Below, piece by piece: positions 37,428 through 46,397 of a stretch of 64,000 nt of DNA. Within the stretch, counting starts at the first letter, position 1. Every line of letters begins with the position of its first letter. The notes under the pieces were generated by a model, which was given only the letters and a program-made list of their open reading frames with translations, was not told the DNA's origin and did no database searches. Origin of the DNA: an uncultured Acidobacteriota bacterium (GTDB lineage: Bacteria > Acidobacteriota > Terriglobia > Bryobacterales > UBA6623); NCBI GenBank assembly GCA_963817465.1, contig CAWFOP010000009.1:93920-157919 (forward strand). Direction: 5' to 3'. Made by a program: the position numbers and the translations under genes.

Positions 37428-37901
37428 CTAGCGCCATGAGGCGCCCCGCTCCTTGAGAAAGTCGACCACGGGGCGATGGCCGCCCCGCGCCGCAAAGGCG
37501 ATGACGGGCTGGTCCTCGCGGCCGTGACGGGCGTTGACGTCGGCGCCGCGCTCGACGAGCAATCGAACGATTTCGAGGTGACCTCGATCGGCGGCCAAAA
37601 TCAACGGGGTCGCGCCCTCATACTGGCTCACGTTCACATCCGCGCCGCCCTCGAGCAAGGCGTGGCAGACTTCGACGTGTCCGCCGCTCGCCGCCCAGGT
37701 CAACGCCGTGTCGTCCCAATCGTCGCGCGCGTCGGGATTGACCCCTTTCGCCAGCCAGCCGCGGACCTCGTCGACGTCGCCGCGTTTAGCGGCGTCGAAC
37801 CAAGCTGGGTCCGTATAGCGACCGAGGATCTTCTTGAAAGTCGTCAGCACCAAGCCACAGCCTACCAGGATGGAGCGAGTGATAGCATAGTGGCGCTTCA
37901 A
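37428..37901 (-). CDS. Ankyrin-repeat protein with N-terminal hydrophobic segment (start uncertain)
   Basis: ORF 37428..38051(-). Repeats 'TALTWAASGGHVEVCHALLEGGADVN' and 'TPLILAADRGHLEIVRLLVERGADVNA'. The longest ORF overlaps the divergent gene starting at 37909, so it was trimmed to in-frame TTG 37901. ATG 38006 is an alternative. Confidence 0.7.
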   Translation of the reverse strand: MKRHYAITRSILVGCGLVLTTFKKILGRYTDPAWFDAAKRGDVDEVRGWLAKGVNPDARDDWDDTALTWAASGGHVEVCHALLEGGADVNVSQYEGATPLILAADRGHLEIVRLLVERGADVNARHGREDQPVIAFAARGGHRPVVDFLKERGASWR

Positions 37902-37908
37902 CGACCTT

Positions 37909-39123
37909 ATGCCTTCCACCCATCGACGCAGCTTCCTCAAGACGATCGGGGGCGCCGCGCTGGTAACCGCCTCCGCGGCGACGCCGCAGCAGAAGATCGT
38001 GTCCATTGAGGCGATTCCGATCAGCCTCCGTCCCGGCAATTCACAGGGCAAGTTGCCGACGTTCTCCGGGCCCTACGATCCCAGACGTTGGCGCTACACC
38101 GGTCCCTTCGCTCAGCTTGCCGGGGCGATTATCGTCATCGTCAAGACCGACCAGGGCGTCACCGGGTTCGGGATGGGCGCGGGCGGCGCCGTCGCCCGCG
38201 AGATCATCCACGGCCATCTGCGCAACCTCCTGATCGGGTCGAATGCGCTCGACGTCGAGCTGCTGTGGGACCAGATGTACTCCTCCGGCAACGCTTACGG
38301 GCGACGCGGCGTCTTCGTGATGGCGCTCAGCGGCGTCGATAACGCATTGTGGGACATCCTAGGAAAGGCGACCGGCGAGCCGATCCACCGCCTGCTCGGA
38401 GGATCGACGAAGGAGAAGGCGCCGTCGTACTTCACCAGCGCCGATCCCGAAACGGGCCTCGAGCTCGGCTTCGAACACTTCAAGATGCCGGCGAGCATCC
38501 TGGGCGACCGGCGCGAAGGGCGCGAGCGTATGGCCAAGACCGTCGACGCGCTTCGCGAAGTGCGCCAACAGATCGGCCCCGAACGCAGCTTGATGATCGA
38601 CTGCAGCTCGCGCTGGGACGATGTCCCTTACACGAAGGAGATGGCGCGCCGCCTAGAGGATCTGAATCTCTATTTTATCGAGGAGCCCTTGCAGCCCGAC
38701 GATATCCTAGGCTACGCGCAGCTTGTCCGCGAGATCGACTCAACACTGATCGCCAGCGGCGAGCACGAGTACACGCAATACGGCTTCGAGCTGCTGCTCG
38801 AGCACAAGGCGGTCCAAGTCGTGCAGCCCGACGTCACTTGGTGCGGCGGGGTGACTGCGCTGCGGAAAATCGCCGTGATGGCCGGGGAGCGCGGACTGGC
38901 GTTCATTCCGCACCGGGGCGGCAGCATCTGGGGCCTGCCGCTCGTGCTCTCCACGCCGCACGCGCCGTTGGCCGAGAGCTTCGGTACGGGCGACCCGAAC
39001 GCTAACGACTTGATGCTTGCCATGAGCTCTCGCTTCGAGGACGGCCACTACTTTCCGTCAGACCAGCCCGGCTTCGGCGGCGATTTGACCGAGGGACTGA
39101 TCCGCAAGCACGCTGTGGCTTGA
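37909..39123 (+). CDS. Enolase-superfamily enzyme (mandelate racemase / acid-sugar dehydratase-like) with twin-arginine signal
   Basis: 404-aa ORF. N-terminus 'MPSTHRRSFLKTIGGAALVTASAA' carries a Tat motif (RRxFLK). 'ALSGVDNALWDILGK'. Putative metal ligands in 'LMIDCSS', 'YFIEEP', 'IASGEHE'. 'AFIPHRGG'. Confidence 0.85.
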   Translation: MPSTHRRSFLKTIGGAALVTASAATPQQKIVSIEAIPISLRPGNSQGKLPTFSGPYDPRRWRYTGPFAQLAGAIIVIVKTDQGVTGFGMGAGGAVAREIIHGHLRNLLIGSNALDVELLWDQMYSSGNAYGRRGVFVMALSGVDNALWDILGKATGEPIHRLLGGSTKEKAPSYFTSADPETGLELGFEHFKMPASILGDRREGRERMAKTVDALREVRQQIGPERSLMIDCSSRWDDVPYTKEMARRLEDLNLYFIEEPLQPDDILGYAQLVREIDSTLIASGEHEYTQYGFELLLEHKAVQVVQPDVTWCGGVTALRKIAVMAGERGLAFIPHRGGSIWGLPLVLSTPHAPLAESFGTGDPNANDLMLAMSSRFEDGHYFPSDQPGFGGDLTEGLIRKHAVA

Positions 39124-39142
39124 TACTGAGTAGGGGAGAGTT

Positions 39143-40369
39143 TTGACCGAACGCGGACCGACGGAAGCGACTGCTGCCTGGCGGCGTCGGCTCGACGCTA
39201 TCGTCGATGGCCTCGAAGGCGAGCTGCGTGCGGTCCGTCGGCATCTCCACAGCCATCCCGAGCCGAGCAACGAAGAGCGGGCCACTGCGGAGTACGTTCG
39301 CAATCGTCTCGAGGCCGCCGGTCTGACCGTTCAGCCGGCGTCCGGTTGCCACGGGCTCATCGTCGATTCCCCTCGTGCCGTCGTGGGCAAGCGGTCCGCG
39401 ATTCGCGCCGACATGGATGCGCTCCGGCTGCGCGATCTCAAGCACGTCGAGTATCGCAGCCAGGTGGAAGGCGTGATGCACGCCTGCGGGCACGACGCTC
39501 ATACGACCGCCGTCCTCGGCGCCGTTTTGGCCCTGGATCAGCTCCACCGAGAGAACGCCCTGCCCTGGCCGGTCGCCTGGCGAGCAATCTTCCAGCCGGC
39601 CGAGGAAACGGCCGACGGCGCCGCCGCGATGGTCGCCGCCGGGGCGACCGAAGGCCTCCGCTCCATCTTCGCGCTCCACGTCGACCCCTCTCGCGACGTT
39701 GGGCGTATCGGCGTCCGCAGCGGTCCGCTCACCGCTTCCTGCGATTGGCTCCGCATCACGCTCACAGGGCGCGGCGGCCACGGCGCTCGGCCGCACGAGT
39801 CCAACGATCCCATCGCCGCCGCGGCGCACCTGGTCAACTTGATCTACAGTCTGCTGCCGCGCTCGATCGACAGCCAAGAGCCGGTCGTCGTGACGATCGG
39901 CCGGATCAATGGCGGCTACAGCGCCAACGTGATCCCGGAGCAGGTGGAACTCGAAGGTACGCTGCGAGCGCTCGACGAAGGGGTGCGCGAGGCGACGCGC
40001 GAGCGTCTGCGGCGCTTGACGCGCGGCATCTCCGAAGCATCGGAAGTCGCGATCGACATTGAATTTTCAGGGCGCCTCGACGCCGTAGTCAATGACCCAG
40101 CGGCGACGGCGATCATTCGGCGGGCGGCCTCGGAAACGATCGGAGCTGGAGCCGTCGACACAATAGCGAGGCCCAGCATGGGCGGCGAGGATTTCTCCGG
40201 TTACTTGCGCCATGTGCCGGGGGCGATGTTTCGGCTAGGAGTGCGTTCGGCCGACGTCGGCGGAGCTCCGCTGCATTCGCCGCAGTTCGACATCGATGAG
40301 CGCGCCCTCCGGATCGGCGCGGCCGTGTTGGCGCGCTGCGTGGTCTTGGATCAGGAGCCGCGCGGCTAG
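39143..40369 (+). CDS. M20D-family amidohydrolase (aminoacylase / hippurate hydrolase-like)
   Basis: 408-aa ORF from TTG 39143 (GGGGAGAG upstream). 'HLHSHPEPSNEE', 'IRADMDAL', 'MHACGHDAHT', 'GGEDFSGY'. Confidence 0.85.
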   Translation: MTERGPTEATAAWRRRLDAIVDGLEGELRAVRRHLHSHPEPSNEERATAEYVRNRLEAAGLTVQPASGCHGLIVDSPRAVVGKRSAIRADMDALRLRDLKHVEYRSQVEGVMHACGHDAHTTAVLGAVLALDQLHRENALPWPVAWRAIFQPAEETADGAAAMVAAGATEGLRSIFALHVDPSRDVGRIGVRSGPLTASCDWLRITLTGRGGHGARPHESNDPIAAAAHLVNLIYSLLPRSIDSQEPVVVTIGRINGGYSANVIPEQVELEGTLRALDEGVREATRERLRRLTRGISEASEVAIDIEFSGRLDAVVNDPAATAIIRRAASETIGAGAVDTIARPSMGGEDFSGYLRHVPGAMFRLGVRSADVGGAPLHSPQFDIDERALRIGAAVLARCVVLDQEPRG

Positions 40370-40382
40370 AAGGAATCGCGGC

Positions 40383-41507
40383 ATGGCGAAACTCCACTTC
40401 ACCTCAAACGCCAGCCCGACGATCGGCGTCGAAATCGAGCTGGCGCTGGTTGACGTCCAATCGACGGCCTTGACCAGCGCGGCCCCGATAATCATCGAAC
40501 GTACTCCGCAAGAGCTCGCAGGGTCGGTGAAGCCTGAGCTGATGCAGTGCTACATCGAGATCAACACGGGGGTTTGCAACTCGGTCGACGAAGCGCGGCG
40601 CGACCTGGCCGAAAAGCTGCGGGCGGTCGAGACGATCGCGGACCAGCTCGGCGTCGGGTTGCTGTGGAGCGGAACGCATCCGTTCTCGACCTGGGAAGAG
40701 CAGTCCGCCACCGAGGACGAGCGCTACGCGCGCTTGCTCGACCTGTTGCAGGATATGGGACGCCAGCTCGTGACCTTCGGGCTGCATGTGCATGTCGGCG
40801 TCGAATCCGGCGACAAAGCCGTCATGATCTGCGACCGCATCATGCGCCACCTCCCTCTGCTGGTGGCCTTGAGCTGTAACAGCCCGTGGTGGAACGGCCG
40901 CGTCAGCGGACTCCAGTCTCATCGCTTGAAGATCATGGAAGGCCTGCCCACCGCCGGCTTGCCTCCGTTAATGCGCAACTGGAGCGAGTACGTCTGGCTG
41001 GTCAATCACCTCGAAGAGACCGGGTTCATCAATTCGATCCGCGACATCTGGTGGTTTGTTCGGCCGCACCACAACTTCGGTACGGTCGAAGTGCGGGTTT
41101 GCGACATGCCGGGCAAGCTGGAGGATGTCGCCGCCATTACCGCCCTCATCCATGCGCTGGTGTGCGGCCTTTCCGACGACATCGAAGAGGGCGCCTACCA
41201 ACACGACAGTCACCCGATGCTGGTGCGCCAAAACATGTGGCAGGCTGAGCGTTTCGGCCTCGACGCCATGCTCATCGACTCGACGACCTACGAGCCCCGC
41301 CCGGTGCGCGAGATGATCCGCGAGTTGGTCGATCTCCTGATTGAGCGGCCCGCGCCTGCGGGAGTCCGGGAGGGCCTCGAGCGTGTTCGCCGGTGGACGA
41401 CCGAGCCGACCTGGGCGCAGCGGCAGATGGAGTTTTACCGGGAAACCGGATCGGTCCAGGACACGATTCGCCGGATGCTGCGCGAGTCCCGCCTCTCTGA
41501 AACCTGA
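40383..41507 (+). CDS. Carboxylate-amine ligase, glutamate-cysteine ligase family 2 (YbdK-like)
   Basis: ORF 40296..41507(+), trimmed to ATG 40383 ('MAKLHFTSNASPTIGVEIELALVD'). 'FGLHVHVGV', 'NSPWWNG', 'RPHHNFGTVEVRVCD'. Confidence 0.88.
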   Translation: MAKLHFTSNASPTIGVEIELALVDVQSTALTSAAPIIIERTPQELAGSVKPELMQCYIEINTGVCNSVDEARRDLAEKLRAVETIADQLGVGLLWSGTHPFSTWEEQSATEDERYARLLDLLQDMGRQLVTFGLHVHVGVESGDKAVMICDRIMRHLPLLVALSCNSPWWNGRVSGLQSHRLKIMEGLPTAGLPPLMRNWSEYVWLVNHLEETGFINSIRDIWWFVRPHHNFGTVEVRVCDMPGKLEDVAAITALIHALVCGLSDDIEEGAYQHDSHPMLVRQNMWQAERFGLDAMLIDSTTYEPRPVREMIRELVDLLIERPAPAGVREGLERVRRWTTEPTWAQRQMEFYRETGSVQDTIRRMLRESRLSET

Positions 41508-41564
41508 CGCGTCTCTGTCGTGCTTCCGGCGACTCGTGCGCCTCTACGGATGGAGGACGAAACA

Positions 41565-42188
41565 ATGACTGTCGCTCAAGCAACGGTGCGAACCGCTCGG
41601 ATGAGCGAAACCACGGCGTGTATCGAAACCCTCACACGCGCCTTCGAGTCCAACCCGGTCTGCAACTGGGCATGGAGCGATCGCGCGCGATACCGCGAAG
41701 CCTTTCCTCGATTCTGCAAAGCATTCGGCGGGGCCGCCTTTGAATCCGAGACCGCACATATCGAGGGGGCCTGCACCGGCGTCGCGTTGTGGCTGGAGCC
41801 CGGTGCGCAGCCGGATGCGCAAGCGGTAGTCGAGCTCATCGTGGAAACGGCGCCCAAGCAGGTGCAGGAGCCGCTTTTCTCCATCTTCGAGCAGATGGAT
41901 GCGTACCACCCGCGCGAGCCGCATTGGCATCTACCCCTGATCGGCGTGCACCCCTCCGCGCAAGGGCGCGGCATCGGCTCCGCTCTCTTGCGGCATCAAT
42001 TGAGACGTTGCGACGAGCAACAAACGACGGCGTATCTCGAGGCGACGAGCCCGGCCAATGTCAGACTCTACGAACGGCATGGGTTCGTTGAGATGGGCCG
42101 CATTGAAGCCGGAGGTTCGCCGCCGATCACCCCGATGGTGCGAGTACCGATGTCGCAGTTGCCCTTTACTTCCGCAAGCCGAACGTAA
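41565..42188 (+). CDS. GNAT-family N-acetyltransferase
   Basis: ORF 41520..42188(+), trimmed to ATG 41565 (GGAGGA upstream). 'LIGVHPSAQGRGIGSALL', 'LEATSPANVRLYERHGF'. Its 3' end overlaps the convergent PQQ gene by 23 nt. Confidence 0.8.
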   Translation: MTVAQATVRTARMSETTACIETLTRAFESNPVCNWAWSDRARYREAFPRFCKAFGGAAFESETAHIEGACTGVALWLEPGAQPDAQAVVELIVETAPKQVQEPLFSIFEQMDAYHPREPHWHLPLIGVHPSAQGRGIGSALLRHQLRRCDEQQTTAYLEATSPANVRLYERHGFVEMGRIEAGGSPPITPMVRVPMSQLPFTSASRT

Positions 42189-43789
42189 ACAGCGCATTGC
42201 CCGCGGCGACCGTCACCAACTGATCGTCGCCGGCGGACTTGTAAGTGATCGGCGTGTTCACGATCCGGCCGCCCAGGTTCACGCGCCAGAGCTGATGTCC
42301 GTTGAAGGCGTCAAGCACGAAGAACGCCCCTTCGAGGCTGCCTGAAAACAGCACGTCGCCCGAGGTCGAGATCAATCCGCTCTCGGTCACGCCGGTCATC
42401 TTGAACTCCCACTCGAGCTGACCGGTGTCGGGAGTCAGCGCGCGCACGGCGCCGTAGCCCGGCACATCGTCTCGCATCGGATCCGGCCACACGCCGCGCG
42501 GCAAGCTGCCCACGTAGCGATTGCCCTTGGTGTAGGTCGGATCGCCCTTGTGATAGACGCTCGAGTATTCCCAGCTCGACAAATAAAACAGTCCTGTCTT
42601 GGGGTTGTACGAAGGCGCGTACCAGTTCGTTGCGCCCTGCACGCTCGGGTAGGTCCGCGTGCCGTCGTGCGACGGTTCGGCCGCTTTGATTCGATTCGGA
42701 CGCCCCTTCGCGTCGACGCCGTTCGTCCAGGTGACCTTCACGAAGGGCTCACCGAGCAGGAATTCACCGGTCGCGCGGTCCAGCACATAGAAAAGCCCGT
42801 TGCGATTGCCCCACATCATGAGCTTGCGCTGCCGTCCCTTCCACTCGCGGTCGACCAGCACCGGGACCTGCACCGAGTCCCAATCCCACTCGTCATGCGG
42901 CGTGAACTGGAAGTGCCATTTCAGGGTTCCGTCGTCGGGATCGAGCGCCACCACGGAGTCCGTGTACAGGTTGTCGCCCTCGCGCACGTCCCCGTTCCAG
43001 TCCGGCGACGGGTTGCCGACGCCCCAGTACATCAAGTCCAGGTCAGCGTCGTACGAGCCGGTCACCCAGATCGAGCCGCCGCCCTTTTTCCAAGAATCGC
43101 CGGCCCAGGTCTCGTGCCCTTTCTCGCCGGGTCCGGGGATCGTATTGAAGCGCCAAACCTCGTCGCCGTTTTTCGGATCAACGGCGGTAATGAACCCGCG
43201 GATGCCGTACTCACCTCCGGCCGCGCCGAAGATCACCTTGTCTTTCACGACGATCGGCGCCACCGTCAGCGAGTATCCGCTCTCCGGATCGACGACTTGC
43301 TTCTTCCACTTCATGGCCCCTGTCGGCGCATCCAGCGCGATCAGGTAGCCGTCGATCGTTCCCATGAACAGCGTGTCGCCCAAAATCGCCAGTCCGCGGT
43401 TGACCCGCCCGCAACACACGTTCACCTTGGTGTCGAGCACGTGCGTGTACTTCCAATACTCACGGCCGGTCGCGGCATCGAGCGCCGACCACGTCGTTCG
43501 GCATCAGCGAGACGTACATCACGCCGTCGACCACTAAGGGAGTCGACTCGAACTTTTCCAGCGAAGGCGACTGATAGACCCACTTCAGCTCGAGTTGACC
43601 TGCGTTCTCACGGTTGATTTGATCCAGCGGCCGGTAGTGGCGGCTGTCGTACGAGCCGTTGTACGTCAGCCAGTTGCCCGGCTCGGAGTCGGCGTTGCGG
43701 ATTCGCTCCGAGGTGACTTGCCCCGACAGCGCGGCGACGCCGAGAACGAAAAGCAGCAGTCCTTTCGGGTTCATGACGTCTCTCCTCAT
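42166..43789 (-). pseudogene. PQQ-dependent dehydrogenase (methanol/ethanol quinoprotein family), split by a +1 frameshift as sequenced
   Basis: ORF 43460..43789(-) holds a signal peptide plus 'NWLTYNGSYDSRHYRPLDQI...TPLVVDGVMYV'. ORF 42166..43440(-) holds 'VNVCCGRVNRGLAILGD', 'TPHDEWDWD' and others. Removing one C from cc 43485-43486 gives '...PNDVVALDAATGREYWKYTHVLDTKVNVCCG...'. Span is 1624 nt (3n+1). Confidence 0.88.
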
Positions 43790-44568
43790 TGGCGCAGATT
43801 CGCCAGAAACGCAACCAGGTCTTCAAACTCTTTCGGGGTGAAACGGCCTTCGAACGACGGCATCGTCGACTTGCGCAGCACCTCGTACTCCGCCAGATCG
43901 TCTTTCTGATACGACACCAGCCGCTGGTCCGAATCGAGGATCTGGATGGAATAGGTGTCCTCGTTCAGCCGCCGGCCGAACACCTTCTTGCCGGCCTTGG
44001 TCTTGCCCTCGATGAACCAGTGCTGCGGCAGAACCTTCTCGTTGGGACGCAAGATCGACGACTCCAAGTGCGCCAGCGAACGCTGAGCGCCGATGTCGCT
44101 CAAGTCCGGACCCGTGCGCGAACCCGTGCCGTCGACCATGTGACAGCTCTGACAGCCGCCCTTGCCGAAGAAGAGCTTCTCGCCCGCCGCCGAATCGCCT
44201 TTGGCCTGCGAAGCCGCCTTGCCTTCGCTCAGCGAGCGGACGAAGGCGACCAACTGCCACATCTGCCGACCGTCGAAGAAGACGCCCGGCATCTCGGTTC
44301 CGGGGATGCCCTCGGAAATGACGCCGAACAGATCTTGGTCTGACGTGGCGTAGCGAAAGCGCCCCTGCGTCAAATCCGCTCCGCGGCCGCCCGCGCCGTC
44401 GGGCCCGTGGCATACGGCGCAGTGCGAGTGGAAGATGCGGCCGCCGGCCGCAACGTCTTCCTTCGTGTTGTAGGGATTGGTGAGCCCGGCTACACCGTGC
44501 TGCGCCCAGGCCGATGGGCCAAGGGCAAGCGCCAGCGCCGCGGCGAATAAGAGCTTCATGGCGAACAC
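43786..44568 (-). CDS. Di-haem c-type cytochrome (secreted)
   Basis: 260-aa ORF with a signal peptide. Two CxxCH sites, 'HSHCAVCHGPDG' and 'GGCQSCHMVDG'. Its stop overlaps the start of the downstream PQQ dehydrogenase (ATGA at 43789-43786). Confidence 0.88.
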   Translation of the reverse strand: MFAMKLLFAAALALALGPSAWAQHGVAGLTNPYNTKEDVAAGGRIFHSHCAVCHGPDGAGGRGADLTQGRFRYATSDQDLFGVISEGIPGTEMPGVFFDGRQMWQLVAFVRSLSEGKAASQAKGDSAAGEKLFFGKGGCQSCHMVDGTGSRTGPDLSDIGAQRSLAHLESSILRPNEKVLPQHWFIEGKTKAGKKVFGRRLNEDTYSIQILDSDQRLVSYQKDDLAEYEVLRKSTMPSFEGRFTPKEFEDLVAFLANLRQ

Positions 44569-44622
44569 TCCAACGAGAAGTCCGCCGCTATCTTACCGGA
44601 TGCCGAAAGAATGCCGAAACAG

Positions 44623-46179
44623 TCAATCCATGATGCGCAGATCGCGCCCGGTCATCTCCGGCGGCTGTTCGACGCCCATCACGCCCAGGATCGTGGGCGT
44701 GATGTCGCGCAGCGAACCCCCGTCCTTGAGCGCGCCCGAGTAATTGCTCACGAGGATGAACGGCACCGGGAACGTCGTGTGATAGGTGTGCGGCTCGCCG
44801 GTCTTCGGGTCGACCATCAAGTCGGCGTTGCCGTGATCGGCCGTGATGATCCAGGCGCCGTCCTTGGCCTTGAGCGCCTGTTCGATCCGCCCGATGCAGC
44901 CGTCCACCGTTTCGACGGCTTTTATCGCGGCCGGGATCACGCCTGTGTGTCCCACCATGTCGCCGTTGGCGAAATTCACAATGATCACGTCGAACGAGCC
45001 GTTCTCGATGTTCTTCACGACCACGTCGCAGACGCCGGCGGCGCTCATCTCCGGCTGAAGGTCATACGTCGCAACCTTCGGCGACGCGACCAGCTCGCGC
45101 TCTTCTGTGTCGAACGGCTTCTCGCGGCCGCCGTTGAAGAAGTACGTGACGTGCGGGTACTTCTCCGTCTCGGCCGTGCGCAAATTTCGGAGCCCGTACT
45201 GATCGCAAACCGCCCCAAGCACGTGCTCCGGAAACTCCTTTGTGATCACGACCGGAAACGAGTAGCTCTTGTCGTACTCGGTCATCGTGACGTAGTGCAG
45301 ATTCTTCGGCGCCTTGCTCCGCGGCGGCTGCTCGAGGTCGTCCGACGTCAACGCAAGGGTGATCTGGCGCGCGCGGTCGGCTCGAAAGTTCGCGAAGATT
45401 ACGGCGTCGTCATCGCGAATCCTACCGACCGGGTCGCCGTTGTCGTCGGTGATCACGATCGGCAGCACGAACTCGTCGGTCAGATGCTTGCCGTCCTCGT
45501 CGGTCGTCTCGTACGACTCCTTGAGCGCCTTGATGGGGTCGGTCGCTCTCTTACCCTCCCCCAGAACCATCGCGTTGAACGCCTTCTCCGTGCGCTGCCA
45601 ACGCTTGTCGCGGTCCATCGCGTAGTAGCGTCCGCTCACGGTCGCGATCTTGCCGACGCCGAGCTCGTCGAGCGCCTTCTGCAATTGCTCGATATAGCCG
45701 ACGCCGCTCGTCGGCGGGGTGTCGCGGCCGTCGGTGAAACAGTGCAGGAAGATGTCGGTCACGCCCGCGTTCTTGGCGGCTCGGACCAGCGCGATGATGT
45801 GCGTGACCTGCGCATGGACGCCGCCTTGGCTGCAAAGGCCCATGATGTGCAGCCGGTGCTGGGCGCCGTGTTCGAACGCACCCTTCAACGCCGGGCTGTC
45901 TTGTAGCGTCCCCGCCGCGACCATTTCCTCGATCCGCGTGATGTCCATCTTGATCACCCGGCCGGAGCCGATGTTCAGGTGTCCGACTTCGCTGTTGCCG
46001 AATTGACCGTCGGGCAATCCGACGAAGTGGCCATCGGTGCGGATCTCGGTGTGGGGGTATTGCTTCCAAAGGCGGTCGAGATTCGGCTTGTTCGCCATCG
46101 CGACGGCGTTGTTGGTCGGATCGGGGTTGTGAGCCACGCCGTCCATGATGGTCAGCACGACTGGCTTGGGTCGGGGCAT
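44623..46179 (-). CDS. gpmI: 2,3-bisphosphoglycerate-independent phosphoglycerate mutase
   Basis: 518-aa ORF. 'VLTIMDGVA', 'GNSEVGHLNIGSGR', 'FTDGRDTPP', 'ITADHGNAD'. Confidence 0.95.
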   Translation of the reverse strand: MPRPKPVVLTIMDGVAHNPDPTNNAVAMANKPNLDRLWKQYPHTEIRTDGHFVGLPDGQFGNSEVGHLNIGSGRVIKMDITRIEEMVAAGTLQDSPALKGAFEHGAQHRLHIMGLCSQGGVHAQVTHIIALVRAAKNAGVTDIFLHCFTDGRDTPPTSGVGYIEQLQKALDELGVGKIATVSGRYYAMDRDKRWQRTEKAFNAMVLGEGKRATDPIKALKESYETTDEDGKHLTDEFVLPIVITDDNGDPVGRIRDDDAVIFANFRADRARQITLALTSDDLEQPPRSKAPKNLHYVTMTEYDKSYSFPVVITKEFPEHVLGAVCDQYGLRNLRTAETEKYPHVTYFFNGGREKPFDTEERELVASPKVATYDLQPEMSAAGVCDVVVKNIENGSFDVIIVNFANGDMVGHTGVIPAAIKAVETVDGCIGRIEQALKAKDGAWIITADHGNADLMVDPKTGEPHTYHTTFPVPFILVSNYSGALKDGGSLRDITPTILGVMGVEQPPEMTGRDLRIMD

Positions 46180-46301
46180 AAGCCCGTATTATCGCAACCG
46201 TCCTTGGCGCGCCTGCGATTGTATAGCGATCGCATTCGGCGAACGCCGTCCGGGCTCGAACCGTTTCGTCGCGCACTCTCTGCCCCGCCGCACCGCTCAT
46301 T

Positions 46302-46331
46302 TCGTACATCCGCATGTCGTACATCCGCATG
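46302..46331. repeat. Perfect 15-bp tandem duplication (tcgtacatccgcatg x2) in the gpmI / SGNH divergent intergenic region
   Basis: Read directly: unit 1 is 46302-46316 and unit 2 is 46317-46331, and they are identical. Confidence 0.95.
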
Positions 46332-46397
46332 GTTCCAGGGCTTTTCAGCGACCGTGCGGCATTTCATCGTGCCCGAACCGCCGCAGATGCGATAGTA

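Noticed and set aside
44611-45906. 431-aa plus-strand ORF antisense to gpmI. Similar cases are 42550..43617, 53279..54148, 56598..57854, 59955..61001 and 62357..63388.
   Set aside because: All overlap strongly recognisable genes on the other strand and have shadow-frame composition.
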